DNA of 20,000 bases from an uncultured virus (IMG/VR IMGVR_UViG_3300005680_000091). Taxonomy: Duplodnaviria > Heunggongvirae > Uroviricota > Caudoviricetes. The stretch's first letter is position 1; the number at the start of each line of letters is the position of its first letter. Where the stretch lies: the IMG/VR virus record IMGVR_UViG_3300005680_000091; one strand, given 5' to 3'. Of the stretch, positions 8,734 through 15,654 are shown piece by piece. A program made the translations under genes and the position numbers. The notes beneath the pieces were generated by a model, which did no database searches, was not told the origin of the DNA, and saw nothing but the letters and a program-made list of their open reading frames with translations.

Positions 8734-9125
8734 GGTGTTTCCCGTCAGAGGCGGCCTATCTGCTGTGGTGCCGGAGTAGCACGCCAAGCGTGTTGCCGTG
8801 CCAGGACTGCAACCCGGTGCATAAGGCGCGCATGCTGCAGGTCGGTCGTTGCGAACAGCCGGCGGTGGTGTTCGTGAAGAACAAGGACGGGGAGCTCGTC
8901 GGGCGAGTGCCGACGGGGGGCGGGGCGGGGCCGGTGGCCGAGGAGAGTGTGTTCCTCGTGCGAATCGCGACCCAGCTGCTGGGTGATGCAGCGCTGGCTG
9001 AGCTCATCGGGATCTCGGCGCCCTCGCTGCCGCACTATCGTAACGGCAACAGAACGCTGCCAGGGGAGAAGGTGAGGGTGCTGCGCGCCGCGGTTCGCCG
9101 CGGCGCGGGGCTGCTAGTTGGTTAG
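8730..9125 (+). CDS. Hypothetical protein (131 aa): Cys-rich N-terminus, C-terminal HTH-like segment
   Basis: GTG start overlapping the helicase stop (GTGA); PCQDC...GRC; AALAELIGISAPSLPHYRNGNR. The longer ORF-track version (from 8238) overlaps the helicase. Confidence 0.65.
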   Translation: MRCFPSEAAYLLWCRSSTPSVLPCQDCNPVHKARMLQVGRCEQPAVVFVKNKDGELVGRVPTGGGAGPVAEESVFLVRIATQLLGDAALAELIGISAPSLPHYRNGNRTLPGEKVRVLRAAVRRGAGLLVG

Positions 9126-9337
9126 GTACCTCCCGGTGTGTCGCCCACCCCGTTGAAGTCCCGGAACCCCAGAGACAAGGCGGCGCAGGCCAGGGTGACT
9201 GCCTGTGGAATCGTGGCGCGGCCAGTCTCGTAGTTCTTGACCGTCCGGGCGGAGGTGCCCAGCCAATCCCCAAGCTGCTTCTGCGAAACGCCCATGTGTT
9301 CGCGCCAAGCGCGGAATCGTTCTGCCGTCAGAGGCAC
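9122..9337 (-). CDS. XRE-family HTH DNA-binding protein
   Basis: FRAWREHMGVSQKQLGDWLGTSARTVKNYETG; GGAG RBS before GTG. Confidence 0.85.
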   Translation of the reverse strand: MPLTAERFRAWREHMGVSQKQLGDWLGTSARTVKNYETGRATIPQAVTLACAALSLGFRDFNGVGDTPGGT

Positions 9338-9418
9338 GGTGTGTTCTCCAGTTGTTTTGCTCGCTTCGAGGCCTTTCGCACTCGCTTTGCGGTGTTGCTC
9401 TACCTGAAAGCAACTTGG

Positions 9419-9760
9419 TCATGTAATTCGACCTCCTGTCGCACGAATGGCGGCACGAACCGCCTCTTCCTTATCTTTGGCGCACTCGACCACGAACGAC
9501 ACCGCGTTCTGCGCCTTGCGCCAGCGCTTGAAGTGGGCCTCAAACGAAGGACCGTCATCCTCCCAGTCCGGCAGTCCGAGAACGACGCCGCCGGTGATCT
9601 TCACCACGGCATTGTCGGGAACGTCTTCGATGCCAATGTCTTCAGAAAGCGGCGAGCCATAGACCTCAATCTCTTCGTCCTCGTGCCACGCGCCGTCAGG
9701 CCAGAAGGCTTCATCAAAATAGAAGCGCTTGAGCTCGGTGCCGGTAGTCTTTACGGTCAT
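9419..9760 (-). CDS. Hypothetical acidic protein
   Basis: 113-aa ORF with GGAGGAG RBS and ATGA coupling. Confidence 0.75.
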   Translation of the reverse strand: MTVKTTGTELKRFYFDEAFWPDGAWHEDEEIEVYGSPLSEDIGIEDVPDNAVVKITGGVVLGLPDWEDDGPSFEAHFKRWRKAQNAVSFVVECAKDKEEAVRAAIRATGGRIT

Positions 9761-9933
9761 TTCGCCAACTCCTCCATCGTCCTCCAGGTTGAGTTCCGGG
9801 CCTCTTGCCGCAGCCGCTCGATCTCAAGCTCCTTCATTTTCCGTTCGTGCTGGCGCTTGTCTTCGCTGTTCGCCCACCATGCGAGGGCGATAAAGGGCGA
9901 GGCAGCAGCCAGAATAACCAGTGCGAGGTCCAT
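9757..9933 (-). CDS. Small membrane-anchored protein (58 aa)
   Basis: Hand-translated: MDLALVILAAASPFIALAWWANSEDKRQHERKMKELEIERLRQEARNSTWRTMEELAK; GGAGG RBS; coupled on both sides. Confidence 0.65.
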   Translation of the reverse strand: MDLALVILAAASPFIALAWWANSEDKRQHERKMKELEIERLRQEARNSTWRTMEELAK

Positions 9934-10109
9934 CACTTAGCCTCCCGTTTCGTGGTGTGCCACGCGCAAAACTCGTTCATCTCGTGTGGCCCTTCAGGGT
10001 GGATGCAGCTCTCGTGGCGGCGCTTGATCGGCGCCTTGGCGCCCTTGGCCCAGACGACGAGGTGCTCGACGTGGCCGCAAGTGTGGCACGGGTGGGGTGT
10101 CAGGGTCAT
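9933..10109 (-). CDS. Small Cys/His-rich protein (58 aa)
   Basis: Hand-translated: MTLTPHPCHTCGHVEH...SCIHPEGPHEMNEFCAWHTTKREAK; ATGA/TGATG overlaps. Confidence 0.6.
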   Translation of the reverse strand: MTLTPHPCHTCGHVEHLVVWAKGAKAPIKRRHESCIHPEGPHEMNEFCAWHTTKREAK

Positions 10110-10582
10110 GCGGGCACCTTCGTGGGTATCTCGACGCGCTCCATGAACTTGCCACCGGCGGCACGCGCCTCGGCGTTGATCCGATCAACGGTCATCGCGG
10201 CTTGGGTGAAGCGCCGGTTCGTCCAAGCGCGCAGGTAGCGGTCCATCTTCGTGATGTTCTCGATCAGGATCTCGCGCTCCTCTGTGGTGCAGTTCCAGGC
10301 TTTGCCGGCATCGGCGCGCGCCTTCATTGCGACCAGGACGGTGCCGACGCGATCGGCGACCTGCCAGGCGCCGTCACCCCGGCCGGCGCTGTCCGCCGCG
10401 ACGAGGTTCACGATCTTCGCGATGTGCTCGGCGTGGGCCTTGGTGAAGAGGCCCAGCGGCAGCAGCTTGACGCTCATGTGCAGCGGCGTGAGGATGCGGC
10501 CGATCGCGGCCTGGTCGAGCAGGGCGCCGGTCAGCACCGGGTTGATGCGGCGGCCCCAGCGGTGGGTCATTGGGCGGGGCAT
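10106..10582 (-). CDS. Hypothetical phage protein
   Basis: 158-aa ORF in the coupled operon; alternative start at 10570. Confidence 0.75.
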   Translation of the reverse strand: MPRPMTHRWGRRINPVLTGALLDQAAIGRILTPLHMSVKLLPLGLFTKAHAEHIAKIVNLVAADSAGRGDGAWQVADRVGTVLVAMKARADAGKAWNCTTEEREILIENITKMDRYLRAWTNRRFTQAAMTVDRINAEARAAGGKFMERVEIPTKVPA

Positions 10583-10659
10583 TCGAGCACCTCTTTGCGC
10601 AGTTGGTCCATGGCATCGACCAAGCGATCCAGCAGCTCAAGGGCTTGGGGTTTGGGCAT
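10567..10659 (-). CDS. Small hypothetical protein (30 aa)
   Basis: MPKPQALELLDRLVDAMDQLRKEVLECPAQ with GGAG RBS. Confidence 0.45.
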   Translation of the reverse strand: MPKPQALELLDRLVDAMDQLRKEVLECPAQ

Positions 10660-10831
10660 TTCGATTTCTCCAGAAAATAGGTGCCCCACCGGCACCAGGT
10701 GTTCCATGACCCACAACGGACATCTCCTATCGGATTGAGGTTGTCGAGGGTGCGGCGGGGCGTTGATCAGGTGGTTGCGCGCAGCAGCACGCGGGGTTTG
10801 GTGCGGCCCGGCACCGTGCCGGCGACTTCGA

Positions 10832-11131
10832 TCAGGTCCGGGCGCGGCGCGGCGGCGGCCAGCTGGCGGGCGAGGTTCGGGAGCACACCGTCGCCTCCAG
10901 CTCGAGGAACTCCTCCGGCTCGGGGCACAGCTCCCGCACCAGAAGCGCCTCGCGCACGATGCGGCATTGGTCTTCGAACGGCACGCCGAGGCGCTCAAGG
11001 CGCCGGCCTGCAGTCTCCGGCGAGATATGGCCCGCCGTGACAAGGGTCGCCACGTTGTCACAGAAGGCCCGCAGCCTGTGCTGCAGCCGACGGTCGTGCT
11101 GAGCCCATTCCGGGAACGGATTCAGGTTCAT
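10832..11131 (-). CDS. Hypothetical protein
   Basis: 99-aa ORF with AAGGAG RBS. Confidence 0.65.
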   Translation of the reverse strand: MNLNPFPEWAQHDRRLQHRLRAFCDNVATLVTAGHISPETAGRRLERLGVPFEDQCRIVREALLVRELCPEPEEFLELEATVCSRTSPASWPPPRRART

Positions 11132-11150
11132 GGCAAACTCCTTGTCAGGT

Positions 11151-11165
11151 GGGAGTGCTACTCAC
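11151..11165. promoter_or_regulatory. Operator-like palindrome GGGAG-tgcta-CTCAC
   Basis: Matches GKGAG-N5-CTCMC; lies in a 37-bp intergenic gap. Confidence 0.65.
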
Positions 11166-11168
11166 ACT

Positions 11169-11537
11169 CTATGGAAGATCCGGGCCGGCTGCGGCCTTCT
11201 GTATCGCGGCCAATGCTGCGTTGAAGGTCTCGTCGTGCTGGTCGGCTGCACGGTACATATCCGTGCGTGCGCTCAACGCCTCGAGGGTCAGCTCGGTCAG
11301 CCGGGCAAGGCCTTCGCCTTCCAGTATCTGGCACATGTCGAACACCGTCTTCGCGCAGGCGTAACCCAGCAGCTTGCGCAGGATGGGATCTTGCTGCGGC
11401 TTGGACAGCTTCGCGGTCAGGTCCATCAGCTGGGCGAGCTCAAGCGCCAGAGAGCCGGCCGGGCCATGCTCCACCACGAAGGCTTCGCTGCGCGCCCGGA
11501 AGGTGTCGGTCAGCAGATCGATGTCGTCCTTGTTCAT
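11169..11537 (-). CDS. Hypothetical helical protein (122 aa)
   Basis: ATG 11537 overlaps the DHH gene stop (ATGA). Confidence 0.7.
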   Translation of the reverse strand: MNKDDIDLLTDTFRARSEAFVVEHGPAGSLALELAQLMDLTAKLSKPQQDPILRKLLGYACAKTVFDMCQILEGEGLARLTELTLEALSARTDMYRAADQHDETFNAALAAIQKAAAGPDLP

Positions 11538-12505
11538 TTCAGCCACCCCATCAGCGTGTCGGTGTCCGTCGAAAACCCGGCCGCGTTGCGATGCCCACCA
11601 CCGCCGAACGCCTTGGCGATTGCGCTCACGTCGTAGTCGCCGTTGCTGCGCAGCGAGCAGTGGATTTGGCCGTCACCCGCCATCGACCACACGAGGCCGA
11701 ACGTGCCGGACTTGTTGGCGAGTTCGTGGCCCAGATCAGACGCGAGGAACGACGGAGCGTTGGCCGCGAGGCCGAAGAGCGAATAGCGGGTAAACCCATC
11801 AATCACCACTCCTGGTGCGTTGGCGAAGGGCGCCCACTTGAATACTTCGCACTTCTTCGCCTGTTTCAACGCCGCCTGGACGTTTTGGTTATGGGCGCGG
11901 AGGATGGCGATGCCTTCTTTGAAGATGAAATGCGGACCGACGTTGAACTCATCCCACATTTCGAGTTGCTGATTCAGTTCTTTCCACTGCTCGAAGCTCC
12001 ACGGCTCATAACTGCGCAGCGCGGCGTGGAATTCCTTGGTGCCGTCCAGCTTGAACTGCCAGCGGTCGCGGTCGTCGATGTGTTGGATCAGCATTGGCAC
12101 TTCGGTTCCGGGGTGGAAGTATTCCCAGGCGAGATATGCCCCTGAAAAATTGTCGTCCAGAACGACGTAGTGCTTCAGCGGGTCTTCCCCGCCCAACGGG
12201 ATTGCTTGGTAGCGATCCCCTCGACGATAGCCACCACACCACATCTCGAACGCCGTCTTGTGGTGATCGAGCCAGACGACGCGCTTGGCGCGACTGAGGA
12301 GCAGATCCATGACCTCGCGTGGAAACGAGAAATCAAGGACGTAGATGTCCCGTTCATTGATCTCGAACGTGTTTTCGGACTTGCTGTAGTCCTTGCCGTA
12401 ATCCATCGGCAGATACTCGGCCTCATCACCGAGCTTGAGCCATGCTGCGAAGGCCGCACCGAACCCGTCCGTGCAGTTCGCGTGGTAGATGACGAGGGGT
12501 TTCAT
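11534..12505 (-). CDS. DHH/DHHA1-family phosphoesterase (323 aa)
   Basis: Start moved to ATG 12505: VIYHANCTDGFGAA, YVLDFS, VWLDHHKT, SGAYLAW, IDDRDRW, SLRS..DVSAIAKAFGGGGHRNAAGF. Confidence 0.93.
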   Translation of the reverse strand: MKPLVIYHANCTDGFGAAFAAWLKLGDEAEYLPMDYGKDYSKSENTFEINERDIYVLDFSFPREVMDLLLSRAKRVVWLDHHKTAFEMWCGGYRRGDRYQAIPLGGEDPLKHYVVLDDNFSGAYLAWEYFHPGTEVPMLIQHIDDRDRWQFKLDGTKEFHAALRSYEPWSFEQWKELNQQLEMWDEFNVGPHFIFKEGIAILRAHNQNVQAALKQAKKCEVFKWAPFANAPGVVIDGFTRYSLFGLAANAPSFLASDLGHELANKSGTFGLVWSMAGDGQIHCSLRSNGDYDVSAIAKAFGGGGHRNAAGFSTDTDTLMGWLK

Positions 12506-12807
12506 ATCTTTCTCCGGTAGAGCTTCAAAGGTGTTGGGCTGCCGCGGTCGGACTCGACCCGACCGACGCAGTCCAGGTGCCCGAACCGCACCAGTCGGTC
12601 CATCGCGCTGCGGGCGGTGCAGCGGTTCATGTTGAGCTGATCGGCCACCGCGATTGAGGACCAGACGCGGCCATCGGCCAGCAGCGCCAGGATCTGCTCG
12701 CTGCTGGAGCCGGGCACGATGCGCTCGGCCCGGACGGTGTGCTTGCCCGCGCTGGGTGGCTGGGGCGGGGGCTGGTTGGCGGCTTGGAGTTGGGAGAGGA
12801 GGTTCAT
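12502..12807 (-). CDS. Putative winged-HTH DNA-binding protein
   Basis: EQILALLADGRVWSSIAVADQLNMNRCTARSAMDRLVRFGHL. Confidence 0.7.
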   Translation of the reverse strand: MNLLSQLQAANQPPPQPPSAGKHTVRAERIVPGSSSEQILALLADGRVWSSIAVADQLNMNRCTARSAMDRLVRFGHLDCVGRVESDRGSPTPLKLYRRKI

Positions 12808-12822
12808 GTGAGGTGCGCTCCC
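12808..12822. promoter_or_regulatory. Operator-like palindrome GTGAG-gtgcg-CTCCC
   Basis: Fills almost the whole 17-bp intergenic gap and overlaps the RBS. Confidence 0.6.
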
Positions 12823-12824
12823 TT

Positions 12825-13313
12825 TCAGTGCGAATCTGCTGCCGGCTCCAATGCTTGGAGTAGCCGGTGAAGTGGGTTCCGGATCTTGTCGATCTCTTCC
12901 TCAAGCTGGAGCGCTGCAGCCACCGCCCGAGCCCGAGTCAGGCACGCGTCTGCTCGCCTGAACTCAGCCAGTACCGTCTCCCGGGACCGATCCTCTGAGG
13001 TCTTGACCCGCTGGAGCGAGACGTAGCCTTGTCGATCAGGCGGTTGTTGCTGGTCTCGCACGTATTCGGGCACTCGGATCTCAACCGTCTCGGTCACGAT
13101 AGTCACCCGGACGCTGGAGATGTAGTTGCGGGCTTGGTGGTCTCGCCAGGACGCTGCAGCTTCTTGGTCGTCCCACTCAAAGAACTCGTGAAGGGGGTCG
13201 GCCGGGTCTAGGGCGCTTTCCCACAGCTTGCGGGGCGTTACGACACCGTTGGGGTCTGTAGCTTCCAGCGCCTTGATTCTGGCGCGCAGTAGGTCTTCTC
13301 GGCTGTTGGTCAT
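12825..13313 (-). CDS. Partner protein of the RAMP-like gene (162 aa, mostly helical, function unknown)
   Basis: ATGA overlap with the RAMP-like gene. Contains GVVTPRKLWESALDPADPLHEFFEWDDQEAAASWRDHQARNYISSVRV, a motif type I recognise from phage hypothetical proteins. Confidence 0.8.
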   Translation of the reverse strand: MTNSREDLLRARIKALEATDPNGVVTPRKLWESALDPADPLHEFFEWDDQEAAASWRDHQARNYISSVRVTIVTETVEIRVPEYVRDQQQPPDRQGYVSLQRVKTSEDRSRETVLAEFRRADACLTRARAVAAALQLEEEIDKIRNPLHRLLQALEPAADSH

Positions 13314-14074
13314 GCTGCCACCTTGAACCCGCGCGCTGCGGCCGTGCGGTTGAACCAGTCGAGTAGTTCCTCGGTGGTCAGGTCATAAGCCACCGGGTTG
13401 TCGAACGCGGCCTGCTGTGCGTCTCGACCGCCGGACTGAATGATGCGCAGGAAGTCAGGGTCGTCCGGGTTGCAGATGCTGAATTGCCCGTAGGATCCCT
13501 TGCCCTTCTCAGGGCGCCAGTCTCCGACGCCGATCGTGATGCCTGCTGCCGAGACGAGGTTGATCATCGGCGGCTGCTTGAGCAGCGGCGACACGAACTT
13601 GACGCGGATCTTCGTCGCCCACTCCCTCATGATCGCGCGGGTTCGCACGTCAGGGGTCTTGGCCATGTCTGCCGAGCGAACGGTCGTGCTCAAGACCTCG
13701 GGCACGCCCCAGACCGGGATCAGGTCTCCGGCCACGAACACAAGGCGGCCAATCGAGGCCTTCGAAATTCCCGGCAGGTCCAGCGCTGCGGTCATCAGCG
13801 CACCCTTAAACGCCGTGGCCGGGATGCCGACCAGTGTCGGGCCGCCTTTTACGCGATGGGCGGACGACCTGAACTCGGCGATCGGGTCGTGCTTCAGACT
13901 CGAGGCCTTCTCGGCTGCGTTCTTTTTCGGCGCCGGGAACAACAGCTCGCGCATCGATCGTTCGCTGATTGCGTTGTGGATGAGGGGGCTGTTTCCGATG
14001 ATGCAGAGGTTCAGCTCCTGCGTTTCGATCTTCAGCACCTCAGGTGCTGCCGTTTCCGTCTTCTTCGTTGCCAT
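13310..14074 (-). CDS. Stand-alone Cas7/RAMP-like RNA-binding protein (Vipr-like, 254 aa)
   Basis: Start ATG 14074 with AAGGAG RBS. RAMP-like motifs in the expected order: first strand LCIIGNSPLIHN; GIPATAFKGAL (cf. IPGSSLKGAL of Csm3/Cmr4-type RAMPs); C-terminal Gly-rich loop GITIGVGDWRPEKGKGSYGQF. Confidence 0.75.
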   Translation of the reverse strand: MATKKTETAAPEVLKIETQELNLCIIGNSPLIHNAISERSMRELLFPAPKKNAAEKASSLKHDPIAEFRSSAHRVKGGPTLVGIPATAFKGALMTAALDLPGISKASIGRLVFVAGDLIPVWGVPEVLSTTVRSADMAKTPDVRTRAIMREWATKIRVKFVSPLLKQPPMINLVSAAGITIGVGDWRPEKGKGSYGQFSICNPDDPDFLRIIQSGGRDAQQAAFDNPVAYDLTTEELLDWFNRTAAARGFKVAA

Positions 14075-14097
14075 GTCCTTCTCCTTGTCTGAGTAGT

Positions 14098-14362
14098 GCT
14101 CCATGCACTGGGAGGGCACCTCTTGAGAAGTGCCTACCCGCTACATGCGCCATGTCCTGTCAAACCCCGCCACGCCACACCCAGCCCCGCCGTGTCTATG
14201 AACTGCTCGGCGCTTCACGCACCGGGAGGGCACCTCTTGAGAAGTGCCTACCCGCTACATGCGCGTCACCTAGCCCCACCGGACCCCGCCGCGCCGGGCC
14301 TCGCCTAGTCTACGAACTGCCTTTGATGCTTCACGCACCGCCAAGGGTTGGCTCCCTTGGCG
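14098..14362 (-). ncRNA. Putative guide-RNA array: two ~115-nt units with (GGY-NN)n tracts between conserved hairpin-containing repeats
   Basis: 46-bp direct repeat at 14105-14150 and 14219-14264 (1 mismatch). Conserved 5' element CGGTGCGTGAAGC-N5/7-GCAGTTCRTA. Ten-pentamer tracts at 14261-14310 and 14147-14196. Hairpin GGCACUUC-UCAA-GAGGUGCC. Confidence 0.8.
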
Positions 14363-14374
14363 CTACGAAGTAGC

Positions 14375-14707
14375 TCAGGCGGTTGCGTCCTCCAGCGCCG
14401 GCGCCGCCTCGATAACCGCGCGCACGCTCTTCTCGTTGCGGCCGGACATGAACTTCTTCCAGGCGGCCTTCGCGGCGGCCGGCAGGCTGCCCCGGTTGGC
14501 CGCCAGGACGGCGTGCGGGATGTCCAACACCTTGCGCCCGCTGCGCAGGTCGGTGATCCGGTAGAGGCCGATCGTGTCGTGCGCCTCGTGGACGCCGAAC
14601 CAGAACTGCGTGTTGTCGACGGTGACGCGGAAACGGTGGCCGACCACGTCGCGGGTTTCGTTGGTGCCGTCGCGGGTCGGGGTGTAGATGCGGAATGCGG
14701 AGGTCAT
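14375..14707 (-). CDS. Hypothetical protein
   Basis: 110-aa ORF, AAGGAG RBS, ATGA coupling. Confidence 0.75.
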   Translation of the reverse strand: MTSAFRIYTPTRDGTNETRDVVGHRFRVTVDNTQFWFGVHEAHDTIGLYRITDLRSGRKVLDIPHAVLAANRGSLPAAAKAAWKKFMSGRNEKSVRAVIEAAPALEDATA

Positions 14708-14919
14708 TTCAGATGCTCCTTCCAGTCCCAGACCGCCTGCCGTGCCCCTTCATCGAACGGGTGGTAGCTGGCCTCGGGGTTGATGTAATCCAGGAGTTCA
14801 TCGGGCGTGAAGTTGGTAGCCAGCAGCTCTCCGGCGGCCCACCTATATCCGGATTCGTACTGCCACTGGCGACGTTGCGAACGGTGTTTGTGCCACCAGG
14901 CTTTGATGGTTTTGATCAT
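14704..14919 (-). CDS. Hypothetical protein (71 aa)
   Basis: Start moved to ATG 14919 (MIKTIKAWWHKH...); ATGA overlaps on both sides. Confidence 0.7.
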   Translation of the reverse strand: MIKTIKAWWHKHRSQRRQWQYESGYRWAAGELLATNFTPDELLDYINPEASYHPFDEGARQAVWDWKEHLK

Positions 14920-15125
14920 CGTGTCATTTCCTTCTGGTTGCGCCGGGCCGCCTCTTCCATGGCCTGGTCGAAGTAGTTGATCCGGCCGCGGGCGCCGACC
15001 CGGCCGATGTGCTTGGCGCGTCCGGTGTGGGCGTGGCACACGTACCAGGCCTTGCCGATGGAATTGACACCCCACGGGCCGGCCGGCCAGCCCTTGGGGA
15101 AGAAGTGGGGTTGGCAGACGGCCAT
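14916..15125 (-). CDS. Hypothetical protein
   Basis: 69-aa ORF with AGGAG RBS. Confidence 0.7.
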   Translation of the reverse strand: MAVCQPHFFPKGWPAGPWGVNSIGKAWYVCHAHTGRAKHIGRVGARGRINYFDQAMEEAARRNQKEMTR

Positions 15126-15127
15126 GC

Positions 15128-15481
15128 TTAGCGCTCCTGTCCTGTGGCGCGGGCGTAGGCGGCGCGCGCTCTCGCCCGCCAGTCGTCATCCAGCGCGACG
15201 CGCGCCGCGTCGTAACCCCACTGGTTCGGGTTTTCCTGGCCGATGATTTCGCGCAAGACGGACACAAGCCCGGTCCGCACCGCGAACCGCTGTTCTGCGC
15301 AGACCAACGCGCGGTGCATGCGAGTGACCGTACCTTCAGGTAGGCCAGTGTTTCGCAGGAAAGCCAGCACGTCTTCGTGATCCTCACTCGCGCCTTCTCC
15401 CTCGAGGAGGCCCTTGATCTGCTCATTGACGAGCCACAGCGGGTGGTCGTCATCCAGTTCGTCGGTGATCTTGTGGCTCAT
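15128..15481 (-). CDS. Hypothetical protein
   Basis: 117-aa ORF with AGGAG RBS. Confidence 0.75.
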   Translation of the reverse strand: MSHKITDELDDDHPLWLVNEQIKGLLEGEGASEDHEDVLAFLRNTGLPEGTVTRMHRALVCAEQRFAVRTGLVSVLREIIGQENPNQWGYDAARVALDDDWRARARAAYARATGQER

Positions 15482-15654
15482 GCTGCGCTCCTGTGGGCCG
15501 CCCGGAGTGCTTCAGTCCAGGTGCAGCCGGTCTGTCGTTGAAAAGCCTTTGCGCTGCGGATCTCGTCTTGCGCGCGATCCTGCTCGGCCTGTCGGAGGTA
15601 GCGCTCACGCGCCGATTCAATCTGTCGGCGCTGCGCGGTGGTGATGCTCTTCAT
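15478..15654 (-). CDS. Hypothetical protein (58 aa)
   Basis: MKSITTAQRRQIESARERY...; GAGGAG RBS; ATGA overlaps. Confidence 0.65.
   Translation of the reverse strand: MKSITTAQRRQIESARERYLRQAEQDRAQDEIRSAKAFQRQTGCTWTEALRAAHRSAA

Noticed and set aside
8913..8940. GGGGC GGGGC GGGGC run as another GGYNN tract
   Set aside because: Only about three units, inside a CDS (encodes GGGAGP), and without the array's constant scaffold.
12750..12800. G-rich GGCTGG/GGCGG stretch as a further array
   Set aside because: It is the reverse complement of Pro/Gln codons (QPPPQPPS) in CDS 12502-12807; 3-periodic rather than 5-periodic.
12506..12904. N-terminal extension of the DHH ORF (456-aa version)
   Set aside because: Overlaps two better ORFs. 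The family motif starts right after ATG 12505, which has an RBS and an ATGA overlap.
14098..14340. Canonical CRISPR array or TIGR array
   Set aside because: Only two full repeats, the constant portion is ~60 nt, and the variable parts are internally 5-periodic rather than random spacers. No cas1/cas2/cas6 is present, and I see no box C/D motifs or Nop-domain protein.
14044..14373. Plus-strand ORFs across the array (14044-14373, 14096-14308)
   Set aside because: Pro/Arg-rich translations of the repeat, antisense to the operon, with no RBS. Five-nt periodicity argues against coding.
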